DNA of 32,000 nucleotides from a cyanobacterium endosymbiont of Braarudosphaera bigelowii (GCF_020885515.1 NZ_AP024987.1:1050001-1082000); one strand, 5' to 3'. Positions 11,632 to 21,917 are shown, counted from the first letter of the stretch. The notes: generated by a model from the letters alone, not told the origin. Numbers and translations are program-made.

Positions 11632-12421
11632 TTGAAAGATTTTTTATGATACTTTTATTTACTTCATTAAATTCATAAATTACTGTTTTATTTTCTCTTA
11701 GCCTACCCAATCGTGTAGGCTTTTGATGCTTTAGTCCCACTAAAAGTAATCCAGCATTATCTGTTTCAATAATAATACTTTTTTCTCCCTGCCATACTTT
11801 TTCTATTTTTTCGTTAAATAATCCATTAAACTTTATATGATTATCAACTATTACTTTTAATGTTGACTCTCCTTTCCCACTAACTTTTACTACTATATTA
11901 CTCTTATCTATTCCAGAAGATAATGAATTTACAGTAATTTGATCTGAAATACTATCATATTTCTTTTCTAAAAAAAAAAGAAATACAGTCAAAATGATAT
12001 TGATTGAAATATAGACATTAAATATATAAATAAAGTAGCAATATAAAGGCTTTAATGAAATGGATAATGGTTTAGAAAAAATTTGTGAGTAAGAAGTAGA
12101 TTTAGATGTAATATTACTTAATGAGTCGACTGGTAACCCCTCAACCAATTTTTGTCCATCTAAATCTAAGCAATTAGCGAATTTTCTTATTAAATTTTTT
12201 GTATAAATTATTTCTGACAATTTATTTAAATGACCATTTTCGATAGCTTTTAAAACATATATTGGAATACTTGTTTTTTGAGAAATAGAAATAAGTTTTA
12301 AACCTTTTTTTTTTCTGGCATAAAAGAGTTGATTACCAATTTCTCGTAAAGTATCTTCCTGCATTTTATTTTTTTTCACTAGAAGGAAAGTAGTATATTT
12401 AGATTGACTGAGATTACTCAT
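11618..12421 (-). CDS. RodZ-like helix-turn-helix membrane protein with C-terminal DUF4115-like domain
   Basis: 267 aa; 'EIGNQLFYARKKKGLKLISISQKTSIPIYVLKAIENGHLNKL' HTH, one TM segment near the middle, 'VVKVSGKGESTLKVIVDNH...WQGEKSIIIETDNAGLLLV' C-terminal domain. Confidence 0.8.
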   Translation of the reverse strand: MSNLSQSKYTTFLLVKKNKMQEDTLREIGNQLFYARKKKGLKLISISQKTSIPIYVLKAIENGHLNKLSEIIYTKNLIRKFANCLDLDGQKLVEGLPVDSLSNITSKSTSYSQIFSKPLSISLKPLYCYFIYIFNVYISINIILTVFLFFLEKKYDSISDQITVNSLSSGIDKSNIVVKVSGKGESTLKVIVDNHIKFNGLFNEKIEKVWQGEKSIIIETDNAGLLLVGLKHQKPTRLGRLRENKTVIYEFNEVNKSIIKNLSTKYD

Positions 12422-12473
12422 TTTAGTGGATAATAAGGTTAAATAATACCCATTATTTTCTAATATTTATCAG

Positions 12474-13247
12474 CTAATGTTTTATTACATTATTATGAAA
12501 TAATTTTGTCAGATATTTTAAAGTATTAACTTCTGAAGAATTCAATAAACGATAATTTCCAATACTTAAGTTACTAGCTTTAGAAGTTAATAAAGATATA
12601 GGCCCAATAGCAGTACGATGCAGTTTCATAACATCTAACTTAAATTGCTGCGCAATACGGCGAATTTGTCGATTTTTACCCTCTGTCAAAATAATTTTTA
12701 AATTCGTATATTGTCCATTATTGTTAAGGATTTCTATATAAGTAGGTAAGGTTCTCCTTCCGCCCAAGATAACACCCTGGCGCCAATTTTTTAATATTTT
12801 TTGTGTAAAATTGCCTCGTACCATAACTTCATATTTTTTAGGTAAATGGTACCGTGGATGAGTTAATTGTAAAGTTAAATTTCCATCATTTGTCAATAAT
12901 AAAGCTCCGGAAGAATTCATATCAAGTCTTCCGACAGGATGTATCCCTATTCCTTTTCTTAAACTATTAGGAAGTAGTTCCATTACAATAGGACGATTTT
13001 GAGAATCACTACAAGAACAAATTACTCCTACAGGCTTATTCATTAACATATAGAGTAATTGTGGTTTTTTATTGGATTCAATTAACTTTCCATCCAATTT
13101 TAAAAGATCATAAATTGGATCTGCCTTATCTCCTAATACTGCAACTTTTCCATTTAATTTTAATCGCCCTTCTAATATTAAAGTTTCTGCATGACGTCTG
13201 GAAGCAATTCCCCATTGAGATAAGATCTTCTGTATTCGCTCTTCCAC
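12474..13247 (-). CDS. 23S/16S rRNA pseudouridine synthase, RluB/RsuA family
   Basis: 257 aa; S4 domain 'ERIQKILSQWGIASRRHAETLI', 'HPVGRLDMNSSGALLLTNDG', 'LTEGKNRQIRRI'. Confidence 0.92.
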   Translation of the reverse strand: MEERIQKILSQWGIASRRHAETLILEGRLKLNGKVAVLGDKADPIYDLLKLDGKLIESNKKPQLLYMLMNKPVGVICSCSDSQNRPIVMELLPNSLRKGIGIHPVGRLDMNSSGALLLTNDGNLTLQLTHPRYHLPKKYEVMVRGNFTQKILKNWRQGVILGGRRTLPTYIEILNNNGQYTNLKIILTEGKNRQIRRIAQQFKLDVMKLHRTAIGPISLLTSKASNLSIGNYRLLNSSEVNTLKYLTKLFHNNVIKH

Positions 13248-13299
13248 TTCTATTAAACCTCAAAATGTTAACAAAACTTCCTATCTTTATATTCACGTA

Positions 13300-13341
13300 T
13301 TAACAAGACTACATAAAATTTATTTTATGTAGTCTTGTTAA
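13300..13341 (-). terminator. 20-bp-arm near-perfect palindrome downstream of the GT39-like gene
   Basis: TTAACAAGACTACATAAAAT (13300-13319), 2-nt centre, ATTTTATGTAGTCTTGTTAA (13322-13341). Confidence 0.65.
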
Positions 13342-13474
13342 AATTTATGAAACGCTATTGGTCTATTATCTAATAAATAATTAAATGTAATACATGACAT
13401 TTTGAAATTAAACAACAAAACGGAAACTTATACTTTATTTTTTTCAATTTCGATTTACATATTACAAGCTAAAC

Positions 13475-15292
13475 CTATAGAATTTGTTTTAATTTATTAG
13501 CTATTATTTTCTTCTTGATACGAATTAACTTATACACACTCTCTTGTTGCATTAAAGTATAGTCTGACTTTGCTAAATGTAATTTATCCAAATATTTTTT
13601 TTCGCTAACTATTAATATATTTTCCTGACTATTTATTTGTTGAAAATATTTTATAGCAAACCCATTATCAATATCAGATTCTGTTATTGAGTCAACAACA
13701 CCTTGTGTATAAAATACCAAACTCGGACGCATAAAACCTAGAAAAACTAGTCTTTCGTTTGCCTCTCTTTCAGTTTTTATCAAATTGGCAATTTCTCTCA
13801 AAGGTAAGTGTCTTTGACTGTCAACAAGTTGTGCAACTGGTAAGCAAATCCAAGAAAAGAAACCTAAAAATCCTAATAAGTTAGCAACCCACAGCCAAGA
13901 ACGATAATTGCGAATCCAAACTAACAATAGAGCAAAAAAAGCGGAAAACGACCAAATTATTCCTCCTTTTACCAATAAATGAGATCTTAGTAGGAAATTT
14001 TCTAGCTCGGGCATCACAGGATCATTTCCAATGAAATGATGGCTATAGAAAATGGCTGTAGCAAACCCAATCAAGATACCAATATTAGCAATACAACTTA
14101 TTAAAAATAAAAAGGGCCATATTTTTGATGACTGTTTATTGTTATTGATTCGTTTACCCCAAAATAGTGTTAATATAACCGCTACAGCAGGAATAGAAGG
14201 TAAAATATAACTTATTAGTTTTGTTGCAGAAATAGAAAAAAATAGGAAGATTACAATAAACCAGCATAGACAAAATATGCCTAAATGATTACTACGGGAA
14301 GAGTTTACTAGTTGATTTCGTTTCCAAAATTTTAGTTCAGCCAATGCAAGGGGAAAATAAACTGACCAGGGTAACAACCCTATAATAATAACAATTGCAT
14401 AGTAATACCAAGCTCCAGGATGACGGCTTACGACACTTGTAAATCTCTGGACATTATGCAATCCAAAAAATGTATTAATATACTCTTGCCCATGAGCCAT
14501 AGTAACTAGAATAAACCAAGGAGTGGAAATTAGAGAAAAACTCAACAATCCAGATATCCAAGAAATTTCTTTAATAACTGGAACAAGCTGCTTTACATAT
14601 ATTAAAAAAACAGAAACAATGATACCAGGTAGGACTAGAGCAACAGGGCCTTTTGCAAGAATGCCTAAAGACATAAAAATCCAATATCCAAGATACCACA
14701 ACTTTTTGACCGATAATCCTAAGTAAGTACAAGAACCTTTTCCTTGTTGCACATAGCCTAAAAAAAAAGAAAATAACGCTAAAGATATACTGCTTGCTAA
14801 GAAAATATCAGAAACACTTGTTCGTCCCCAAGCAATCCAGAAAGGATTTAATGCAATAATTCCTGAACCAATCCATGCAGAAAGCCATGGTTTTGTAGTA
14901 GAAGAAAGACCTTTTGATGAGATAGTATCACCGAAATTTTTTAAAGTATAAAAAGCTAGTATTATTACTAAGATCGCTGCTAACGCTGAGGGAATTCTAG
15001 CTCCCCACTCATTAATTCCAAATATTTTATACGATAAGCCAATAAGCCAATAAGTTAGAGGTGGTTTATCAAAACGTACTTCTTGATTCCAATATGGAGT
15101 AATCCAATCTCCTGTAACTACCATTTGCCGAGCTGCTTCTGCAAACATCGGTTCTGTTTTATCTAATAGACCAATATTCCCTAGTTCTGAAAAAAAAGCA
15201 ATAGAACTAATTAAGAATAGCCATAAGAATGAAAATAACCAAAGTGTTTTTTTATCCTTCTTCCAAGCATCGATAATTTTATTCTCAAACAT
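13475..15292 (-). CDS. glycosyltransferase family 39-like / ArnT-like membrane protein
   Basis: 605 aa multi-TM protein; 'GLLDKTEPMFAEAARQMVVTGDWITPYWNQEVRFDKPPLTYWLIGLSYKIFG' is the family's N-terminal signature. Confidence 0.88.
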   Translation of the reverse strand: MFENKIIDAWKKDKKTLWLFSFLWLFLISSIAFFSELGNIGLLDKTEPMFAEAARQMVVTGDWITPYWNQEVRFDKPPLTYWLIGLSYKIFGINEWGARIPSALAAILVIILAFYTLKNFGDTISSKGLSSTTKPWLSAWIGSGIIALNPFWIAWGRTSVSDIFLASSISLALFSFFLGYVQQGKGSCTYLGLSVKKLWYLGYWIFMSLGILAKGPVALVLPGIIVSVFLIYVKQLVPVIKEISWISGLLSFSLISTPWFILVTMAHGQEYINTFFGLHNVQRFTSVVSRHPGAWYYYAIVIIIGLLPWSVYFPLALAELKFWKRNQLVNSSRSNHLGIFCLCWFIVIFLFFSISATKLISYILPSIPAVAVILTLFWGKRINNNKQSSKIWPFLFLISCIANIGILIGFATAIFYSHHFIGNDPVMPELENFLLRSHLLVKGGIIWSFSAFFALLLVWIRNYRSWLWVANLLGFLGFFSWICLPVAQLVDSQRHLPLREIANLIKTEREANERLVFLGFMRPSLVFYTQGVVDSITESDIDNGFAIKYFQQINSQENILIVSEKKYLDKLHLAKSDYTLMQQESVYKLIRIKKKIIANKLKQIL

Positions 15293-15340
15293 TGATGATT
15301 TTATTCTGTTTATTAAATTTATTTTTTTATTTTTTCATCT

Positions 15341-15991
15341 TTAAGAATCAAGGTACTTATTATTAATGGACTTTAATAAAGTGATACAAAATAGAAACCC
15401 CATAAAGGCAATAACAGTACCTGCTAGTAAATCAGTATACCAATGAATATTTAGATAAATACTTGACCACCCTATTGTCATAACAAAAAAAATAGAAATG
15501 GTATAAAAAAAAGCTTTCCATTTTGGAAAATAAAAACCCATTAGATAAGAGAAATATAAATATAGCATCAAATTTCCAGATATGTGTCCACTTGGATAAC
15601 TTTTCCCGTGAACATCAATAAGACCTGGAATTGGGCGAATACGTCCAAACCATGGTTTTAATATTTTATCAATTACCAATAAAATTCCCATAGCTGAAAT
15701 AGCTAATACTTGAGCCTCTTTCCAATAAGATTTCCAACATAAAAATCCTAAACTTAGGATAACAATACAAGCTGCAACTTCTGATTCCCCTAAAAAATAG
15801 AATATCTTAGCTATTTTAGTTAAGATAGGATGTTGATAAAGATGAACCAACTTTATTAGATTAAGGTCCATAGTATTCAATTTACCTGAGATAACTATTC
15901 TAGTTAAGCCAGTAAATAATGTTACAACAGTAATGAAGAATAAAGCAAAAGTTTTATCAATTTTATTCAATAAATGTTTTTTAAATTTCAT
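15341..15991 (-). CDS. PAP2-superfamily phosphatase
   Basis: 216 aa; phosphatase motifs 'KPWFGRIRP', 'SYPSGHISG', 'IYLNIHWYTDLLAG'. Confidence 0.92.
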   Translation of the reverse strand: MKFKKHLLNKIDKTFALFFITVVTLFTGLTRIVISGKLNTMDLNLIKLVHLYQHPILTKIAKIFYFLGESEVAACIVILSLGFLCWKSYWKEAQVLAISAMGILLVIDKILKPWFGRIRPIPGLIDVHGKSYPSGHISGNLMLYLYFSYLMGFYFPKWKAFFYTISIFFVMTIGWSSIYLNIHWYTDLLAGTVIAFMGFLFCITLLKSINNKYLDS

Positions 15992-16318
15992 ACTATTAAG
16001 TAACTTAAATAGTAGGTATTGCCGTATGATAGCATTTAAGGCTAAATCTAGCTGGAGATCGTTAAAATTAATTCAATTACAATTGAATTTAAGATTTTTT
16101 AGTAGTATCAAATACTTAAAGAATACTATAGATTTTCTATATAAAAGAAATATAAATGTTAATAGTTAGAAGTTAGTTAATTATTTAGATAATTAGCTTT
16201 TAATATGTATATTAATACGAAAATTTATATTAAGGCTAAGGAGCAATAGAATATTGATAGAAAATAATTTCTTATGTACATATATAGTACATTTTACAAA
16301 AATTTCACTTCAATTATT

Positions 16319-17737
16319 TTATTCTACATATCTCAGTTTACTTCTTAACGTAAATTGAATATTCTGAAAAATTGATTTTGGAGTTAACGATGTTAAAATA
16401 TTTTTAATTACTTTTTTAGGCCCTTCAGGCCCATATATAGCTCCACTAATTAAATAACTCTTCGAAGTTTCTCCTATCATATAACAAGCGATACCTGCAA
16501 TAGTACCTTGAATTACTCCTATAGATAAATGCAGAAATATAGAGCTTTCCAATAGGATAGAAATTGTTTCACTAGGAATTTCTTTTAACAGGTTTAATAC
16601 TAATGATATAAAAAATTCACTAATACTAATACTGATCATACTAAGAATAAGCTTTTTAATAAGACAAATTCTTCCTTTTTGAGTTATTGGAACATTATAT
16701 AAATCAGATAAAGCTAATATCATTACCATATCGATAAGAGATCCTAGTATTAAATCTGCAATAATTATAGGACTAAGACCAACAATTATAAATTTTAATA
16801 CTGCAGTTTTTTGAATAATATGATCAGCTTTTTTGCCATAAGTTCTAAATTTATATAATGTGGCCTGTTCATTAATTTTATCAGCTAATAACATAGAGTT
16901 AAAAGCTATTAAGGATTGTCCTTCTTTATCTAATAAATCTAAAATTTTCAGTTTTAATTGTTCAATTCTCGGTCTACCTTTTAAATACTTTAGTTTCCAA
17001 TGACCTTGCTTATCTTTAACTAATTTTGAAATAAGCGGAGATGCTGCAACTGTTGTGATTTCATTGTAAGTAAATAGTTTTCCAATACGTTCATTATATA
17101 TTTTTTTATGTATTTCTAAAGAATCTACTTTTGAATATTGGTCTATTTTATTAAAAACTATAATAACTGGTTTACCTAATTCTTGTAGTTTATGTAAAGC
17201 TTCAAATTCTTTTTGAGTTATATCTTCCGTAATAGTAAACAGGACTAAATCTACTTTCTCAGCTATTTTATAAGCTATTATCTCTCGATTTTTACCGTTT
17301 ACTTCATCTAATCCAGGAGTGTCAATTAATTGTACTTTATGGTATTTATATTTTGATAAATGTGTTAAATTTTTATTTTTTAATAATTTCCAATTAGCAG
17401 TTTTAATAGTTTTAGTAACTCCATGAAGAGGTCCTGTCTTAAAAATTTCTCTCTCCAGCAGACTATTGAGAATAGATGATTTACCTTTTCCAACCATACC
17501 AAAAATAGCAATTTGCACAACAGATTTTTCTAATCTTATCAATGTCTGCTTCAATGATCTCAACTCTGTTTCTAATATTTTTGCATCCTGACTTGATATA
17601 GAGAAAGAATCAACAAGATTTTCTAGAGTATTTCTTGCTTGTGTATAGTTAAACTCTTCTCCTGCTTTTGCTGTATTTGATAGATCTTTATGTAAGTTCT
17701 TATAATAAAACTTATTGTTTAAATTTAGTTGAAACAT
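16319..17737 (-). CDS. Era/Der-like GTPase with C-terminal DUF697-like membrane domain
   Basis: 472 aa; P-loop 'GMVGKGKSSILNSLL', 'VQLIDTPGLDE', 'IIVFNKIDQ', then TM-rich C-terminus. Confidence 0.88.
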   Translation of the reverse strand: MFQLNLNNKFYYKNLHKDLSNTAKAGEEFNYTQARNTLENLVDSFSISSQDAKILETELRSLKQTLIRLEKSVVQIAIFGMVGKGKSSILNSLLEREIFKTGPLHGVTKTIKTANWKLLKNKNLTHLSKYKYHKVQLIDTPGLDEVNGKNREIIAYKIAEKVDLVLFTITEDITQKEFEALHKLQELGKPVIIVFNKIDQYSKVDSLEIHKKIYNERIGKLFTYNEITTVAASPLISKLVKDKQGHWKLKYLKGRPRIEQLKLKILDLLDKEGQSLIAFNSMLLADKINEQATLYKFRTYGKKADHIIQKTAVLKFIIVGLSPIIIADLILGSLIDMVMILALSDLYNVPITQKGRICLIKKLILSMISISISEFFISLVLNLLKEIPSETISILLESSIFLHLSIGVIQGTIAGIACYMIGETSKSYLISGAIYGPEGPKKVIKNILTSLTPKSIFQNIQFTLRSKLRYVE

Positions 17738-17888
17738 TTCCTTAGATTTATACTATTCAAATTATGATAAATCTAATCTCTATTAGTTTATTAAATAAAA
17801 TTCAATGATAAATTCATATCTTAAAAGTATACCAAAAAACCTTATATAGTTGTTTTAAAACTATATAATACTTATCCTCTACTTCCAA

Positions 17889-18872
17889 ATGATTAATGAT
17901 TTCAGACATCAGAAAAATAATAACTATTATGCCATTGATATAGAACCAAATTCAAATAATAGGTGGATATCTAAACCAACTCCTGTTGTTAAATGGGCTG
18001 GTGGAAAAAGACAATTGTTAAACGAACTAAGAAGTAAATATCCTGACAAATTAAAAAAAGGACTGATAAAAACTTACTTAGAACCTTTTTGTGGGGGTGG
18101 GGCAGTTTTTTTTGACATTTATTCTTCTTACAAAATTGAGAAAGCTTATCTTTTTGATAAAAATATAGAGCTAATTATATTGTATAAAGTGATACAGTAT
18201 GACGTTTATAAGCTGATCGACAAATTGTATGAATTAGGAGAAAAATATTTAAATTTATCCCTAGATGAAAGAAGTGAATTCTACTATAAGACTAGGAAAT
18301 TATATAATACTTTTGATAAGAAAATTAATTCTAATACTTATAGTCCAAAATGGATAGAGAGGGCTAGTTATACTATTTTTCTTAATAAGACATGCTTTAA
18401 TGGCTTATATAGAGTCAACCGTAAAGAAGAGTTTAATGTTCCAATAGGTGCTTATAAAAACCCCAAAATTCTGTGTGAAAATAATTTAATTGCGGCTAAC
18501 AAAGCGTTTAAAATTGCAGAAATTAAACATGATGATTTTTCTAAAGTTCTGGAATATGCAAACGAGTCTACATTTATTTATTACGATCCTCCTTATCGTC
18601 CTATTAGTCGAAAAAACAATTTTAGATCTTATACTTCATTAAGGTTTGATGATAACGAACAACAACGCTTACAACAAGTATTTGTAAAAGCATCACAATT
18701 AAAGGCGCTACAAATGTTGAGTAATTCAGATCCTAAAAATTACACAGATGATACTTTCTTTGATGAATTATATAAAGAGTTTAACATTAGCAGGTTTTTG
18801 GCTTTAAGAATGATAAATTCTAAAAGTAGCAAGAGAGGTAATATTAAAGAAATCATCATAACTAATTATTAA
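17889..18872 (+). CDS. DNA adenine methylase, Dam/DpnM-type (predicted GATC N6-adenine specificity)
   Basis: 327 aa; 'PVVKWAGGKRQLLNEL' (SAM binding), 'FLEPFCGGGAVFFDI', catalytic 'FIYYDPPYRPIS' (DPPY), C-terminal 'RMINSKSSKRGNIKEIIITNY'. Confidence 0.93.
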   Translation: MINDFRHQKNNNYYAIDIEPNSNNRWISKPTPVVKWAGGKRQLLNELRSKYPDKLKKGLIKTYLEPFCGGGAVFFDIYSSYKIEKAYLFDKNIELIILYKVIQYDVYKLIDKLYELGEKYLNLSLDERSEFYYKTRKLYNTFDKKINSNTYSPKWIERASYTIFLNKTCFNGLYRVNRKEEFNVPIGAYKNPKILCENNLIAANKAFKIAEIKHDDFSKVLEYANESTFIYYDPPYRPISRKNNFRSYTSLRFDDNEQQRLQQVFVKASQLKALQMLSNSDPKNYTDDTFFDELYKEFNISRFLALRMINSKSSKRGNIKEIIITNY

Positions 18873-19096
18873 AATACAAAAGCTTCTGGGAATATAGAAT
18901 TTTATGATATCTATAGTTCTTATTAAATTAGATGAGCTATATTTAAAATAAAAATACCTCATTCATTAAAGAGTGATTTTTTTATCTTCAAAAATAGATA
19001 ATGTAAGATATTTATACTGAATCTATGTTATGAACAGTTTTTGGCTATTATGCCGAATATTCCGTAACTAAATTAATATAATATTTAAGATTTGTT

Positions 19097-20179
19097 CTAC
19101 TTAGTTAGTGTAATTGCAAGATTAATAGCTTCTCTTAAGCTATTAATTCTCGCAATACCTTTTCCAGCGATATCAAAAGCAGTTCCATGATCAGGTGAAG
19201 TGCGAATAAAAGGTAATCCAATAGTATTATTAACAGCTTGTTCAAAAGCCATTAATTTCACAGGTATTAATCCTTGATCATGATATAAGGATAAGTAAGC
19301 GTCTGCTAACTCATCATAATTCTGAGTATAAATAGAGTTTCTAGTTTTTTCTGATTCTAATAAACTTCCAAACCAAGCCTTCATGGGTTTTACCCACATA
19401 GTATCAGGAGGAACTAAGCCGACTAATTTAATATTGGGATGATTTATTCTCTCTTTTATTAGCCAAGGTAACAACCAATCTTTCTCTTCTGTTCCTAACT
19501 GTCCATTTTCTCCACTATGAGGATTCAATCCTCCAATAATAATTTTTGGATTTTTAATAGAGAAATTATTATCAAGGTAATTAATTAATAGATTTAATTT
19601 CACAGACATAAGATTAGGAGTTAGGGTTTGTGAAACTTTATTTAAAGGAATATGTGTAGTAGCCAATAATGTTCTCATAATCCATCCAGTGTAGGGCGAC
19701 TTGGCTACAAATAACATTCCAAATTGATCAACTTTTGCTCTTTTTGCCAAGATTTCAGTTTGTCCAGGATAGTTAAATCCAGCAATTTTCCAGGATAATT
19801 TTGAAATAGGAGCCGTAATAATTCCTTGAAAATTTCCTTTAAGAGTTTGAGTAATTGCTGTATTTAAATATTTAAAACTAGCTTCACCACTAGCTGCATT
19901 ACCGTAACCCGGAATAATTTGGGATTGAACAATAGGATCTATCGGAACATCAAGTATCGAGAATCTTTCAGGATTAGCTAACTTTTCTTTTTTTATTGGT
20001 AATTGTTGATAATTTTCTAATAATATTGATTTTGTTCCAATAACAGTTAACTCACAAGATTGAGAAATAACGGGATCTGCTAATACCTTAAGAATAATTT
20101 CTGGTCCAATACCAGCTGGATCTCCAAGTGTTAAAGCTAACTTTGGACGTTGATTTAAAGAAAGGTTGGCAGATTGCAT
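19097..20179 (-). CDS. pdxA: 4-hydroxythreonine-4-phosphate dehydrogenase
   Basis: 360 aa; '[16 protein letters not shown]', '[16 protein letters not shown]', '[43 protein letters not shown]'. Confidence 0.97.
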   Translation of the reverse strand: MQSANLSLNQRPKLALTLGDPAGIGPEIILKVLADPVISQSCELTVIGTKSILLENYQQLPIKKEKLANPERFSILDVPIDPIVQSQIIPGYGNAASGEASFKYLNTAITQTLKGNFQGIITAPISKLSWKIAGFNYPGQTEILAKRAKVDQFGMLFVAKSPYTGWIMRTLLATTHIPLNKVSQTLTPNLMSVKLNLLINYLDNNFSIKNPKIIIGGLNPHSGENGQLGTEEKDWLLPWLIKERINHPNIKLVGLVPPDTMWVKPMKAWFGSLLESEKTRNSIYTQNYDELADAYLSLYHDQGLIPVKLMAFEQAVNNTIGLPFIRTSPDHGTAFDIAGKGIARINSLREAINLAITLTK

Positions 20180-20335
20180 CTTGTTATTTTGCCTTCATGT
20201 TTTACAATACGTATTGACGAATTAATTTCGCTTAAAATTAATAAGCCTATTTATATCGTATATTAGGTAATCTTAAATATGAGCTAAACTCGTCAATAAA
20301 TTTGCACGTCTGTTCCTTCTATTAGGAGAATATTT

Positions 20336-20449
20336 ATGACAGCTGAAAGTATGATGTTTAACGGTCCAGCTTTGATAGGAGTTTTAGTTCTCTTTGGTTT
20401 AGCTTGGGGATTTCTTATACTCAAGATCCAAGGAGGAGAAGCTGAATAG
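20336..20449 (+). CDS. petM: cytochrome b6-f complex subunit PetM, absent from the supplied ORF track
   Basis: ATG at 20336 to TAG ending 20449 gives [37 protein letters not shown] (37 aa), a close match in length and motif to cyanobacterial PetM (N-terminal MTAES, C-terminal [10 protein letters not shown]). RBS-like 'aggaga' upstream and terminator-like hairpin downstream. Confidence 0.93.
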   Translation: MTAESMMFNGPALIGVLVLFGLAWGFLILKIQGGEAE

Positions 20450-20457
20450 TTTAAGAT

Positions 20458-20502
20458 AATGAGGAGGAAGTATAGCTAGGTAAGCTATATTAGCTCCTCA
20501 TT
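20458..20502 (+). terminator. strong hairpin immediately downstream of petM
   Basis: AATGAGGAG (20458-20466) pairs with CTCCTCATT (20494-20502), and inner TATAGCT pairs with AGCTATA around loop AGGTA. 3' flank is 'aaaaaatc', not a clean U tract. Confidence 0.7.
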
Positions 20503-20743
20503 AAAAAATCATGTAACTATATATTATTAGATTTTGTTTAGATTTTTTAAAATAAATGTTTTTAACATAGATAGCTACAGCATTAAAGCTGAAGTAGATT
20601 AAAAGTATCAGAAAAAGTATAATATTTCTAGGGTTATTCGTACTGAAAAAATAATTAGGTTTAACAATTATTTTTTATATATTTTAAGTTTTAAGTAATA
20701 ATATTTAAGTTATCTTTCTATAAAGAATGAGACATTATAAGTA

Positions 20744-21163
20744 TTAATTTTCTTCATGTGTGCGAGGGCAAGTCTCTAAATCTTCAGCAGAAGATTGTAT
20801 AGGATTTAATCCAATCCAGTTATTAATAGTATCTTGTTCGAAACCTGCGTTATAAGTCTGACCAACTTGAATTAAGGGTCGACGAATTAACAAAGGATCA
20901 GCTACCATAAGCTCTAGGATATTCCTTCCATCAGCGTTAGTAAAATTTTTTGGGATAATTTCGCCTGATTTAATTCTTGGTGCACTATGGTTGAACCATA
21001 AAGTTTGAGGAAGATCTTTAAAAAATAAATATAACTTATCTATTGTCCAAGATTCAGTCAAAATATTTTTAACGTCTAGCTCATGACCTGCGGCAATAAG
21101 TAAATTTTTCTGCTTTGTATTATTGCGACAGCCTGGTTTCTCATAAAATATAATTTTAGCCAT
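20744..21163 (-). CDS. ArsC/Spx-family nitrogenase-associated protein
   Basis: 139 aa; 'IIFYEKPGCRNNTKQKNLLIAAGHELDVKNIL', 'RRPLIQVG', located next to nifT/nifZ/nifV. Confidence 0.82.
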   Translation of the reverse strand: MAKIIFYEKPGCRNNTKQKNLLIAAGHELDVKNILTESWTIDKLYLFFKDLPQTLWFNHSAPRIKSGEIIPKNFTNADGRNILELMVADPLLIRRPLIQVGQTYNAGFEQDTINNWIGLNPIQSSAEDLETCPRTHEEN

Positions 21164-21532
21164 AAAATTATTCAGTGTATCTTGATTAATTTTTAAATAG
21201 TTTGTATATGTTAGAATTGTTACTCAGCAATACTTAAAGCTAGTTTAAAAAAGCTTTTAAAATATTTTTTATAGCTTAGACTCTAAACTGTACCATAAAC
21301 TTATAATTCTAAACTGTATAGGATGATTTTTATAGCTTAATAAAATTGTTTTAAATCTTTAGTTTAATCTTATCAAAGTTTTTAATCTTTACTTTCTTGT
21401 TAAAAGATCTATGAATTAAGAATTAGGGTCTAATATAGACGCGGAAAGAGATGATGTTGATATTAGAGATAAAATACTACGTTGTTATAAAGTAGTTGAA
21501 TTTAAAAAACTTATCTAGGATTAATAATTTAT

Positions 21533-21573
21533 AAGACTGCAAGAACTTAACCTATTTAAGCTCTTGCAGTCTT
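21533..21573 (-). terminator. 18-bp-arm hairpin downstream of nifT (end of the nifV-nifZ-nifT arm)
   Basis: AAGACTGCAAGAACTTAA (21533-21550), loop cctat, TTAAGCTCTTGCAGTCTT (21556-21573). Arms complementary except one A/C mismatch. Confidence 0.75.
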
Positions 21574-21620
21574 GTAAATAATCAGTAATACTATCTAATG
21601 AAAGATAAAATCTAACTATT

Positions 21621-21827
21621 CTATTCATCTGGTAGACGTTTTGCATCAAAAGTTTGAGGCAAATGTGTTTCATCATTAAGGTTATCAATTTGTAGTCTCC
21701 AACCATTTGCTAGAGTCAAAATTTTTCCGCTCCCTTCAACACTTTCTGAAACAACACCTTCTTCTAAATCTTTTTTGGGTACATAAATAGACAAGCTCCC
21801 AGCATCATTACGTAAAATGACCTTCAT
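21621..21827 (-). CDS. nifT: nitrogen fixation protein NifT/FixU
   Basis: 68 aa; 'MKVILRNDAGSLSIYVPKKDLEEGVV...LANGWRLQI' is the NifT pattern. Confidence 0.92.
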   Translation of the reverse strand: MKVILRNDAGSLSIYVPKKDLEEGVVSESVEGSGKILTLANGWRLQIDNLNDETHLPQTFDAKRLPDE

Positions 21828-21917
21828 AAAACTACTCCAATTAGATAAATAATTAATATTTTGTGACTAAGCAATCAGCTATTCATCAAAACTACTGTAA
21901 AAGTAATTCTGTAGAAA

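Noticed and set aside
13061-13303. Plus-strand ORF antisense to the rluB-like gene
   Set aside because: Overlaps the conserved S4 domain coding region; leucine/isoleucine-rich shadow ORF.
21521-21706. Minus-strand 61-aa ORF and plus-strand ORFs 21863..22069 and 22167..22352
   Set aside because: They overlap nifT/nifZ/nifV coding or the terminator hairpin in other frames and lack motifs.
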